A DNA stretch of 64,000 nucleotides from Candidatus Bathyarchaeota archaeon (GTDB lineage Archaea; Thermoproteota; Bathyarchaeia; TCS64). A program made the translations under genes and the position numbers. Below, in pieces: positions 11,277 to 20,327 of the stretch. The notes under the pieces were generated by a model, which saw only the letters and a program-made list of their open reading frames with translations, had not been told where the DNA came from and made no database searches. Where the stretch lies: contig CAVYVF010000023.1 in NCBI GenBank assembly GCA_963771885.1, positions 96,001 through 160,000 on the forward strand. The letters are read 5' to 3'. The first letter of the stretch is position 1. Every line of letters begins with the position of its first letter.

Positions 11277-12026
11277 CTAGACCAGAGTTTGTACCTCGCC
11301 GACGAGGACATCGCCTTCGCCGTGTACGAGGAGCAATGCCTCTCCCGAGTTGGGAGCCTCGACCACTTTCTCTCCCTGATTATTCCATACTGCGCTTCTA
11401 CCGGCTGTTGGGAAGCCTCCGGATGAGGAGGCGTAATTTGCCATGAGGACGATCATTTGGTGGCTATGGGCGTAGCCGCGTAGCTGGGCGGAGTCGGCTT
11501 CAATGCCCGTGGGGGTGATGAAGACACCAGCAGCGTAGACGGTGGCGCCGGCCCGTGCTGCTGCCTCAGCGTGCTCGGGATGGGTCGTATCGGCGCAGAC
11601 GGCGAATGACACACGCTCGCCGTCGATCCCTATCTGGGGCTCCATCGTCCCCGGCACGAAGCATGTCTCCTCCCCGCTGTGTAGGTGGTGCTTCGTGTAG
11701 ACGCATACCCCCTCGGGCTGGATGACGAGGGCGGCTATGTGCAGTCCCTTCTGGGACCTGTATGGCGCTCCAGCGACTATCGTGATGGCGTGTTTCCGGG
11801 CGATTTTAATGAGAGGCTTGAGGCGTGGATCTTCGGCGGTGAGTGCATGGGTTGCCGCTATGTCGGGTTCGTAGCCGGTGAGCGACAGTTCAGGGAAGAC
11901 TATGAGGCGTGCATCGTGCCTCGCGGCTGCCGTGGCAAAACGTACGTGGATCTCGACGTTGGCCTCGACGTCGCCCCTGACAGATGCAGTCTGGGCTACA
12001 GCTAGAACCGGTGAAAGTTGGGGCAC
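11277..12026 (-). CDS. Carbon-nitrogen hydrolase (nitrilase superfamily)
   Basis: Catalytic triad motifs FPELS, YTKHHL, AVCAD. Confidence 0.85.
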   Translation of the reverse strand: MPQLSPVLAVAQTASVRGDVEANVEIHVRFATAAARHDARLIVFPELSLTGYEPDIAATHALTAEDPRLKPLIKIARKHAITIVAGAPYRSQKGLHIAALVIQPEGVCVYTKHHLHSGEETCFVPGTMEPQIGIDGERVSFAVCADTTHPEHAEAAARAGATVYAAGVFITPTGIEADSAQLRGYAHSHQMIVLMANYASSSGGFPTAGRSAVWNNQGEKVVEAPNSGEALLLVHGEGDVLVGEVQTLV

Positions 12027-12050
12027 AGTAAGGCAACATATCTACAATGA

Positions 12051-12058
12051 TTTATATG
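12051..12058 (+). promoter_or_regulatory. Putative TATA box for the 12087 micropeptide gene
   Basis: TTTATATG ends ~28 nt before the ATG at 12087, the spacing expected for a short-leader archaeal transcript. Confidence 0.5.
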
Positions 12059-12086
12059 TATCAACATCGGGGTCTCTGTGATCGCA

Positions 12087-12161
12087 ATGTCCTGTAAATG
12101 CGGTTGCGGCTGCGGCGCAGCTAGCAAGAAAAAGGAAGAGAAGAAGCCAAAGAAGGAGTAA
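12087..12161 (+). CDS. Unannotated 24-aa Cys/Lys-rich micropeptide MSCKCGCGCGAASKKKEEKKPKKE
   Basis: ATG at 12087, TAA at 12159-12161, upstream TATA box, downstream T-tract, host-like AAG/GAG codons; below the ORF-track length cutoff. Confidence 0.6.
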   Translation: MSCKCGCGCGAASKKKEEKKPKKE

Positions 12162-12181
12162 GCCTTCCCTCTCCGTTTGTA

Positions 12182-12194
12182 TTTTCTTTTTTTT
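12182..12194 (+). terminator. Oligo-T archaeal terminator candidate
   Basis: TTTTCTTTTTTTT ~20 nt after the micropeptide stop codon. Confidence 0.5.
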
Positions 12195-12257
12195 CATCAC
12201 CCCAGTGGTAAGATTTAACCCACAGTGGGTATGTTCCGTAGGTTCAGTGGTATCCGC

Positions 12258-12827
12258 TTGGCTGATCTCGACGTGGTCTCTCTCCTACTTCTCGCGGCCG
12301 GGTTGTCGATGGATGTTTTTAGCGTCTCAGCGGCTACGGGCTGCGGGATGGGTAAGATCGCTAGGGGGCAGATGCTCCGCCTCGCGACCGCGTTCGGCGC
12401 CTTCCACGTCTTCATGCCCTTCATTGGCTGGTTCGCTGGTGAGCGCGTCGCCTATCTGATCGAGGGATATGATCACTGGCTCGCCTTCCTCCTCCTCGCC
12501 TTCGTGGGCGGACGGATGCTCCTCGAGGGGATAAGGGGGGACGAGGATGTAGACCCGAGCCGGATCTTGCAGCTTGGGAGCCTCATGGTGTTCAGCCTAG
12601 CTGTGAGTATAGATAGCATCGCCGTGGGGTTGAGCTTCGGGCTTGAAGGCGTGCCGATACTGTTCCCCGCCGTCCTCATCGGGACAACGGCCTTTGTATT
12701 CACATACATTGGCGTCGCTGTGGGATGCAGAACGGGTGAGTGGATTGGAAGGTGGTCGCAGATAGCCGGCGGCCTCGTCCTGCTGATCATCGGGCTGAGG
12801 ATCCTGCTCAGCCACATCTTGGTGTAG
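12258..12827 (+). CDS. mntP: Manganese efflux pump MntP family
   Basis: LSMDVFSVS, FHVFMP, DHWLAF, AVSIDSIAVG; hydrophobic; TTG start chosen by eye. Confidence 0.85.
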   Translation: MADLDVVSLLLLAAGLSMDVFSVSAATGCGMGKIARGQMLRLATAFGAFHVFMPFIGWFAGERVAYLIEGYDHWLAFLLLAFVGGRMLLEGIRGDEDVDPSRILQLGSLMVFSLAVSIDSIAVGLSFGLEGVPILFPAVLIGTTAFVFTYIGVAVGCRTGEWIGRWSQIAGGLVLLIIGLRILLSHILV

Positions 12828-12829
12828 GG

Positions 12830-14270
12830 CTACTCCTGCGCCTTCATCGCGCCGACCTTTGCGATTTCTAGGGGTGGGACGCAGTCTTCGGGTATGGGGG
12901 TCTTGTATGTTCTACCTTTGAGGCGGTCGGCATGCTCCGTTTTGGCTTTATTGAGTAGCTCGGGCTGGGTTATGAAGTCGAGCGCTGTACCAGCGATGGT
13001 CTTGGCGGCGAATGCGAGGCTCTTGTGGGCGATGGTGGTGGCGCTCATTGTGACGAACTGCCAGCTGTGGCCGGGGGCGCCGAGGACGTTGACTGTTGTG
13101 CCGAATTCGACGGTTGGGCACTTCCAGCTGACGTCCCCTACGTCGCTGCTGCCCGCCATAGTTTCACCGTCTCCGCTGGGGTCGAGGATGTCGGTGGGGA
13201 GGTCGACGTCGACGTACTTCTCCCAGCCGGGTATCTTGGATTTGCGCAGGGCAGTCTACCTTCTGTTCCTTGGGGAAGCTTTTAGCGATCTCGGCGGCGA
13301 AGTCGAGTTCCTTCTTGGTGTAGGTGGGTGCGCCGGCCTCGCGCATGTTCTTGACGACGGCCTCGGCTACTACCCTGTTGGGGATTATATTGTAGAGTCC
13401 GTCGATGAACTCGACCTTGAGGGTTGTCTCGGTCATGAGGGCGGCGCCCTCGGCGATCTTGAGGATGCGGGCGTAGATGGGGTCGAGCTGGTCGCGTTCG
13501 GGTGCCCTGATGTAGTACCAGCTGCGGGCGTAGTCGGGGACAACGTTGGGCTGGCCTCCGCCGGCCTCGATGACGTAGTGGATGCGGGCATCTTGGATGA
13601 CGTGCTCGCGGAGGAAGTTGACGCCTACGTTCATGAGCTCGATGGCGTCGAGGGCACTTCTGCCCTGCTCTGGGTTGCCGGCAGCGTGGCTTGTCTTGCC
13701 GTGGTAGTGGAACTTGACGCCGTTTACGGCCGTGCTGCTGCTGAGGCGGGCGGTATTGAGGCTGCTTGGGTGGTGGCTGAGGCAAACATCTACGTCGTCG
13801 TAGTGGCCCTCTTTTACCATGAAGACCTTGCCGGCGTAGTTCTCCTCGGCGGGTGTGCCAAAGAACTTGACCTTCGCCTTGATCTTCTTCTCCTCGAGGG
13901 CATAGCGGGTGGCGATGGCTCCGGCCATTCCGCTGACGCCGTGTATGTTGTGTCCGCAGCCGTGCCCGGCGTGGCCGGGTTTGAGGGGCTCCTTCTTGGT
14001 TGTCTTCTTCTGGCTTATGCCGGGTAAGGCGTCAAACTCGCCTTGGACGCCGATTGTGGGTTTACCTGTGCCCCAGGTGGCGACGAAGGCGGTGGGCATC
14101 CCGGCGACGCCGCGGGTGACCTTGAAGCCGTGCTTCTCGAGCTCATCGGCGATGAGTTTACTGGATCGGGTCTCCCAGAGGCCTAGCTCGGCGTATTCCC
14201 AGATCTTGTCGCTCATCTCGGCGAGATGCTTGCTATGGTCTTCTATCCACTTGTATGCTATCTGTTTCAT
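12830..14270 (-). CDS. M20 amidohydrolase, AbgB-like, paralog 3; apparent indel near 13253
   Basis: ORFs 13164-14270 and 12830-13159 join into a full-length homolog of the other two paralogs. Confidence 0.9.
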
Positions 14271-14436
14271 GGAGTAGGGAGGGGGGTTTAAGAGGTTAAG
14301 TTTTGGGTGTATAGAAGGTATTTCTCGACGGATGCTAACGTCATCATCGGGGGGATCGTTATAGGGAGGAGCATGGAGTAATCTCCAATGAGAATATGTA
14401 TGCCTTGAAAAGGTGCACGCCTAATTCGGCATTGAT

Positions 14437-14658
14437 CTAGTAGTTGTGTTTGGTGTATTTCTCGTGGTGTCTGCGGATTATGTCGATGACCTTGTCGTAG
14501 TCTTCCTTTGTGTGTACCTTCTGAAAGGTTATTGTGTGTTCCCAGGCCTTGGTCTTGGGGTCTACCTTGTTTATCCTGAAGTAGGCCTGGATACCGATCT
14601 TTCGTAGCTCTGCTACGACCTCGCTCTCCTGCTGCTTTACCTCGGGGGGTATGGACAA
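14437..14658 (-). CDS. Hypothetical 73-aa protein
   Basis: Protein-like composition and host-like codons; no recognised motif. Confidence 0.55.
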   Translation of the reverse strand: MSIPPEVKQQESEVVAELRKIGIQAYFRINKVDPKTKAWEHTITFQKVHTKEDYDKVIDIIRRHHEKYTKHNY

Positions 14659-14700
14659 AATGGTTCGCCTGTGTGTTGGTGGGCTGTTCGGGTATTTAGG

Positions 14701-14835
14701 TTACTTTTTCTTCTTGTAGCCGGCGGGGAGGGCCACCGCCTTGCGCTCCTTAGTGGCCTGCTTCTTGGCGCGTACCAACTCGTTGTGCTTCTTGACGCCT
14801 TCGATCTTCTCGGTCTTCTTCTTGCTTGTCGGCAT
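14701..14835 (-). CDS. Small Lys-rich 44-aa protein MPTSKKKTEKIEGVKKHNELVRAKKQATKERKAVALPAGYKKKK
   Basis: ATG at 14835, TATAAG on the minus strand ~35 nt upstream, AAG-rich codon usage. Confidence 0.55.
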   Translation of the reverse strand: MPTSKKKTEKIEGVKKHNELVRAKKQATKERKAVALPAGYKKKK

Positions 14836-14962
14836 AAAGTGTCTGGGTAGTGGGCGCGGTTCCCCCGCCTTATAGGTATGCATTATAGTGTGCTACCTAT
14901 CATAACGAGAAAAAGTTCTAGTGTTTATTGGCGAGTTTCTCTTGGACGGCTTTTGTGTATAA

Positions 14963-15214
14963 GAGTTATAGATTATTATTTCACATTTATATGTAAGTTA
15001 TTAAATTCGTCTTAAGTACTGCTCGTTGAGCTGGGTTCGAATCCGCGCAATAAGCCGCTCCCACCGGCGCGTGCACACCAGGAGTTACAGACCTAAGCCG
15101 GTGGGCTCACGCCTAACAAACCCTCTACAACACACCTTCAAAGATTATCGAAACAAAACCATTGAATAAAATCAATTAGCGAGAGAAAATGAGGAGGAGG
15201 AGTTGAGTTACAGA
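14963..15214 (+). repeat. Three direct copies of GAGTTAYAGA (14963, 15082, 15205) in an AT-rich intergenic region
   Basis: gagttataga, gagttacaga, gagttacaga; start-to-start spacings 119 and 123 bp. Confidence 0.55.
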
Positions 15215-15338
15215 GGGAGTTTTAAGCCCCAGTTTTTGCAAGAATGTTTCTTTTACGACAGATCGTCACCCGAGATGCGACGAACACTGTCTCCCACGTG
15301 GATGAACGTATAAACTCGAAGCGCAACATTACCCATCT

Positions 15339-16535
15339 GTGAATCAGAAGTTGTACGACTTCGACACAGTCATAGACAGAATGGGAACAAGCTCCAGCAA
15401 GTGGAGCTACGCCAAGAAGATGACGGGCTACGACGACGTCCTCCCCATGTGGGTCGCGGACATGGACTTCGCTTGCGCCCCCGAGATCGTCGCCGCCATA
15501 AAGGAAAGGGCAGCCCACCCAATCTACGGCTACACGAGCCGAACCGACGGCTACTATAACGGCATGATCAATTGGATGGCCAAGCGCAACGGCTGGAAGG
15601 ACGTAAAACGTGACTGGATACTTAGCAGCCCAGGCGTCGTCCCCGGCTTCAACTACAGTATCCAGGCCTACAGTCACCCTGGCGACAAGGTAATCATCCA
15701 GCCCCCAGTCTACTACCCCTTCAGAAACGCCATCTTAAACAACGGCCGCCAGGTCGTCGACAACCCCCTCAAGATAGTAGACGGCTACTATGAGATGGAC
15801 TACGAGGACTTGGAGAAGAAGATCGACGCAAGGACTAAGATGCTCATCTTCTGCAGCCCCCACAACCCAGTCGGCCGCGTCTGGAAGAAGGACGAGCTAA
15901 AACACATGGCCGAGATCTGCGAGAAAAGGAACATAGTCATCGTCAGCGACGAGATACACAGCGACCTCATCCTCGGCAAGATCAAGCATACCTGCACTGC
16001 CACCGTCAGCGCCGATGCCCTCGACCGCACCGTCACACTCACAGCCCCCAACAAGACCTTCAACATCGCCGGACTACAGAACGCCGACGCAATAATCCCA
16101 AACAAGAAGCTTCGCGACGCCTTCTTCACCGTCACCCAAAACAACAGCGTCAGTAACCCCAACATCTTTGGCATGGTAGCCCAGGAAGCCGCGTACGCCA
16201 AGGGCGAGCCCTGGCTCGAGGAGTGCCTCACATACCTCCGAGGCAACCTCAAGTTCTTCGAGGACTACGTTAAGAAGAACATGCCAATGCTCAAGGTATA
16301 CCCACTCGAGGGCACATACCTCGCCTGGGTCGACTGCGGCGCTCTAGGGATGGACGATAAGATACTCCACACATGGATGCTCGAGAAGGCAAAGCTCTGG
16401 CTCGACGACGGCGTCATGTTCGGTGCGGAGGGCAGCCTCTACATGCGCTTCAACATCGCCACCCCACGCAGCATCCTCAAGGAGGGCCTCGACCGTCTCG
16501 CCAAGGCAGTCAAGGCGCTGCCGAAGAAGAAATAA
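15339..16535 (+). CDS. PatB/MalY-family PLP C-S lyase (cystathionine beta-lyase-like)
   Basis: LPMWVADMDF, CSPHNPVGRVW, SDEIHSD, APNKTFNIAGL, EGTYLAW. Confidence 0.9.
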   Translation: MNQKLYDFDTVIDRMGTSSSKWSYAKKMTGYDDVLPMWVADMDFACAPEIVAAIKERAAHPIYGYTSRTDGYYNGMINWMAKRNGWKDVKRDWILSSPGVVPGFNYSIQAYSHPGDKVIIQPPVYYPFRNAILNNGRQVVDNPLKIVDGYYEMDYEDLEKKIDARTKMLIFCSPHNPVGRVWKKDELKHMAEICEKRNIVIVSDEIHSDLILGKIKHTCTATVSADALDRTVTLTAPNKTFNIAGLQNADAIIPNKKLRDAFFTVTQNNSVSNPNIFGMVAQEAAYAKGEPWLEECLTYLRGNLKFFEDYVKKNMPMLKVYPLEGTYLAWVDCGALGMDDKILHTWMLEKAKLWLDDGVMFGAEGSLYMRFNIATPRSILKEGLDRLAKAVKALPKKK

Positions 16536-16619
16536 AACCTCCTTTTTAACTCCAAACGGGTTTAGACAGGCCTTGGGGATCATTAACCTTTAATCGACAT
16601 AGAATAATGTCAAACCGGC

Positions 16620-17616
16620 ATGAGAAGAGCACTCATCCTAGCCGCCGCCGTTGTGATCATTGCCATCGTCCTGCTCGGACTCTCCGTAAAAACGGCTGAG
16701 CCCCCCGCCACCACGACGACGCCCCCCGAGAGTCAAGAGGGAAAATAAGATTCCTGTTGACGCAGAGAAAGTCACACCCGCTGGCGACTCCCACCCGCCC
16801 ATCCTCCACTCGAGCCTCTACGAGGATCCCATCCCTCTCGGCGCCGGCGTAAACACCGCGGGCGGCGAGGACTCACCCTTCATTACCCCCGACGGCGCCA
16901 CACTCTACTTCTTCTTCACCCCTGACGTCTCAATCCCCGCTGAGCAGCAGCTATTCGACGGCGTCACCGGCATATGGGCATCCACCCGCCGACCCGATGG
17001 CACCTGGGGCGAAGCCGAGAGGATACACCTACAAGACAAGGGTAAGCTCGCTTTAGATGGCGCCGAGTACGTCAGTGGCGACACCATGCTATTCGCCTCT
17101 GCTCGCGAGGGCTACGAGGGCATTGGCTGGTATCAGGCGGACCGTGTCGACGGCATCTGGACCAACTGGAGGAACGTCGACGACCTGCTCAAGACCGAGG
17201 AGTACCAGACCGGCGAGCTACACATCTCCCCCGATGGCTCCACCCTCTACTTCCACTCCACACGCCCCGGCGGAGCTGGGGGACTCGACATCTGGGCATC
17301 CACCCGCGATGGTGACACCTGGGGCGAGCCCGAGACCATCCCCGCCGTCAACACCCCCGGAGACGAGGGCTGGCCCGCCATAAGCCCCACCGGCGACGAA
17401 CTCTGGTTCCTACGAACATACCTGGGCACCCCTGCCATCTATCGATCACTGCTCGTCGACGGTGAATGGGACACCCCAGAGCTCGTAATCTCACAGTTCG
17501 CCGGTGAGCCCAGCGTAGACGAGGCGGGCAACCTCTACTTCGTCCACCACTACTACAGGGACAACACGATGATCGAGGCGGACATATACGTGGCGAGGCC
17601 CAAGACGTCACCCTAA
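16620..17616 (+). CDS. Secreted or membrane-anchored PD40/TolB-like beta-propeller protein; apparent indel near 16730
   Basis: N-terminus MRRALILAAAVVIIAIVLLG, Thr/Pro linker, repeated VNTxGxExxPxI(T/S)PxG motifs. Confidence 0.75.
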
Positions 17617-18539
17617 GGTGCGCCACTGAAAACGTTGACGCCGCTACGCTGCGCCGCCTCCACGCTGGCCACATCCCAGCTTCCGAATGTCTCCGCTGCG
17701 AGCGCCATGTAACCGATCCTCGACGGGTTCCTCCGCTCCATCGTCGCCACGGTGGCGTCTAGAGTCACGCAGTCCCGGCTACCGAGCAGGATTCCCTTGT
17801 TCTTCGCCGTATGTGGCCTGATCGCCTCCTCTGCCGTCCTACCGATCGAGGCTGTATGCACTCCGTCCACCACTCCGACCACGTCGAAGATGCCCCGGTA
17901 GACCTTGTTCATGTCTACTATCGTCTGCGCGAGGTAGCGGTCCCCCTCACCGTGGTACTTAGCCCTCCCAGGACCCGGAATCATTCCGAACAGGTTCTTC
18001 AGCGACAGGCTGAAGGCGATTGGGTCATGGTTGAGCCTGTACTTGGCGAGGCTCAGGAACGTGCCTCCGCGGAGATCGAGTAGCCTCTGCGGCACCCGCT
18101 CATACATCTCTGGGAATAGTACCGGCGGATACTTCTCCGCGGCACGCTTCACCTCGGAGGCGTCGGCAACCCGCTTTCCCCAGACCTCCTCCGTCACGTT
18201 AAGGAACTCGACCCCATGCTTCTTTAGAACGTCGCCGACTCCGGAGTACTCGAGGAACCACTCATCACTCTTACGCAGGTCGCTCCTCTTGCATGATCCT
18301 ATGCCCTTCCCCTCCAGTGCGTCCCGCGTCCTCGCCCACCCGTAGCTCTCAACAACCAGTTTCTCCCCCGGGATGGCGCCGAGAACACCGTCGAGGACAG
18401 CCGCCTCCGTGAAGTTGTTAATAGTGCCCCAGTTGGGCTTGATAACCACCGGCGACTTCAGCTTAAGCTCCGAAACGACCCTCCCGTAGATGGAAGGATC
18501 CAGCGACTGCTCCAGAACGACCCTACCGAACCTCATCAT
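17613..18539 (-). CDS. DUF362-domain protein
   Basis: VVIKPN, SLSLKNLFGMIP, VVDG motifs. Confidence 0.7.
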   Translation of the reverse strand: MMRFGRVVLEQSLDPSIYGRVVSELKLKSPVVIKPNWGTINNFTEAAVLDGVLGAIPGEKLVVESYGWARTRDALEGKGIGSCKRSDLRKSDEWFLEYSGVGDVLKKHGVEFLNVTEEVWGKRVADASEVKRAAEKYPPVLFPEMYERVPQRLLDLRGGTFLSLAKYRLNHDPIAFSLSLKNLFGMIPGPGRAKYHGEGDRYLAQTIVDMNKVYRGIFDVVGVVDGVHTASIGRTAEEAIRPHTAKNKGILLGSRDCVTLDATVATMERRNPSRIGYMALAAETFGSWDVASVEAAQRSGVNVFSGAP

Positions 18540-18710
18540 CTATCCCCGAAAACAGTGATACAAAGGCGCCCCAGCCGATTTTAGACTATCGGACACCAGA
18601 GACATATGCGATCACCCCGCCTCCAAGCCCGCGCCGAATAAAACTTGCAGCGAACGAGGAAAAGAATTAAAAACACCCACACATGGGGAAATTTGGCGGC
18701 ACACAATCGA

Positions 18711-20294
18711 ATGAAGGCAGTTCTCTGTGGATGCCTCGTAGACGGCACAGGTAGGCCCGCCCTCGATGACGCGACCATACTCATCGAAGGCAACAAAATA
18801 ACCGCCGTGGGGGACAGGAAAAATATCAAGATCCCCGACGGCGCGGAGATCATCGACGCGACCGGGAAGACGGTCCTCCCGGGTCTCATAGACTCACACA
18901 CCCACTTCCTCGGCATGGGGTATGCCTTGACACACCTTCAACTCATCGACGCCAAGTCGATTGGCGAGATAACTGAGGGGCTCAGACTCTACATCAAATC
19001 AAGACGCATCGCGAAGGATAAATGGGTCCAGGGACGCCAGTGGGATGACCAGAACCTAAAGGAGAGAAGATACCCAACCAAGCACGACCTCGACGAAGTC
19101 TCCCCTGACAACCCCGTCGCGCTCACCCGCATCTGCGCCCACATGATAACCCTGAACACACGCGCACTCAACGCCTGCGGGATAACACGGGACACACCCA
19201 ATCCCCCAGGCGGCGTCATAGACAAGGACGAGCACGGCGAACCCACAGGTGTACTCAGGGACGCGAGAGGCCTGGTCACACCCCACATACCCCCTCCCAC
19301 ACACGAGGAGCTACGGCAGGGAATCAGGGACGCCGTAGCCCTGGCGCACAGTCTCGGCTGCACCGGTATCACGGACTGCAGCCGACCCGACGAATCCGCC
19401 CCACACCTATCCACCAAACCCTACATCGACGCACACAGGGAGAACGACCTACACCTACGCTGCCACGTGATGACCTGGTACCCCCGCGAATGGTCGGGCG
19501 ACCAGTGGCTCACCCTCGGAACCCTCAAGATAGGCATCGACGGCTCCGCCGGCGCCCAGACCGCCCTAATGTTCGAGCCATACTCCAACAACCCCGCGAC
19601 GCGCGGCGTCTATGTTGGCGACCAGGACAGAAACAAGAAGGTCGTCGCGGACCAGCACGCTAAGATGGGCCAGGTGGCCATACACGCGATCGGCGACCGC
19701 GCCTGCTCCGAGGCACTCGACAGGATAGAGGAGGCACTAAAGACCAAGCCACGCCCGGACCACAGGTACAGGATCGAGCACTTCGAGTACCCCATCGACG
19801 CCGACATCGAGAGGGCGAGGAGACTGGGGGTAGTCGCCTCTATGCAGCCCAACTTCGTCGGCGAGTGGGGTTGGCCAGGCGGTATGTACGACAGCAGGGT
19901 CGGTCTCGAGAGGCTGGGAAGGGGTAATCCCTATAGGCGCCTCCTCGACCTCGGCTTCCACATGCCCTTCGGCTCAGACGGCATGCCCTTCCACCCACTT
20001 TACGGCATATGGTCCGCGGTCAACCACCCCCAGCCCAAGAGCAGGATAACCCTGGAGGAGGCTGTCCGAGGCTTCACCCTCGAGGGCGCCTACGCGACTC
20101 GGGAGGAGACCACAAAGGGCTCGATCGAGCGGGGGAAGCTGGCTGACATTGCTATCTTCGACGGTGACCTCAGGGAAGACTGGTTCAAACTAAAGAACAT
20201 GGACCCCAAGACCGTTGAGCGGAACAAGACCGACATCAAGCGGAAGCGCGCCTGGATGACGATACTCGACGGCGAGGTCGTCTACAACGCGTAA
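18711..20294 (+). CDS. Amidohydrolase 3 family (YtcJ/NfdA-like) metal-dependent amidohydrolase
   Basis: PGLIDSHTH, KIGIDGS, IHAIGD, RIEH, SMQP, FGSD. Confidence 0.9.
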   Translation: MKAVLCGCLVDGTGRPALDDATILIEGNKITAVGDRKNIKIPDGAEIIDATGKTVLPGLIDSHTHFLGMGYALTHLQLIDAKSIGEITEGLRLYIKSRRIAKDKWVQGRQWDDQNLKERRYPTKHDLDEVSPDNPVALTRICAHMITLNTRALNACGITRDTPNPPGGVIDKDEHGEPTGVLRDARGLVTPHIPPPTHEELRQGIRDAVALAHSLGCTGITDCSRPDESAPHLSTKPYIDAHRENDLHLRCHVMTWYPREWSGDQWLTLGTLKIGIDGSAGAQTALMFEPYSNNPATRGVYVGDQDRNKKVVADQHAKMGQVAIHAIGDRACSEALDRIEEALKTKPRPDHRYRIEHFEYPIDADIERARRLGVVASMQPNFVGEWGWPGGMYDSRVGLERLGRGNPYRRLLDLGFHMPFGSDGMPFHPLYGIWSAVNHPQPKSRITLEEAVRGFTLEGAYATREETTKGSIERGKLADIAIFDGDLREDWFKLKNMDPKTVERNKTDIKRKRAWMTILDGEVVYNA

Positions 20295-20327
20295 ACTAAA
20301 GCATATCTCTGCATCCATTTTTCCCGA

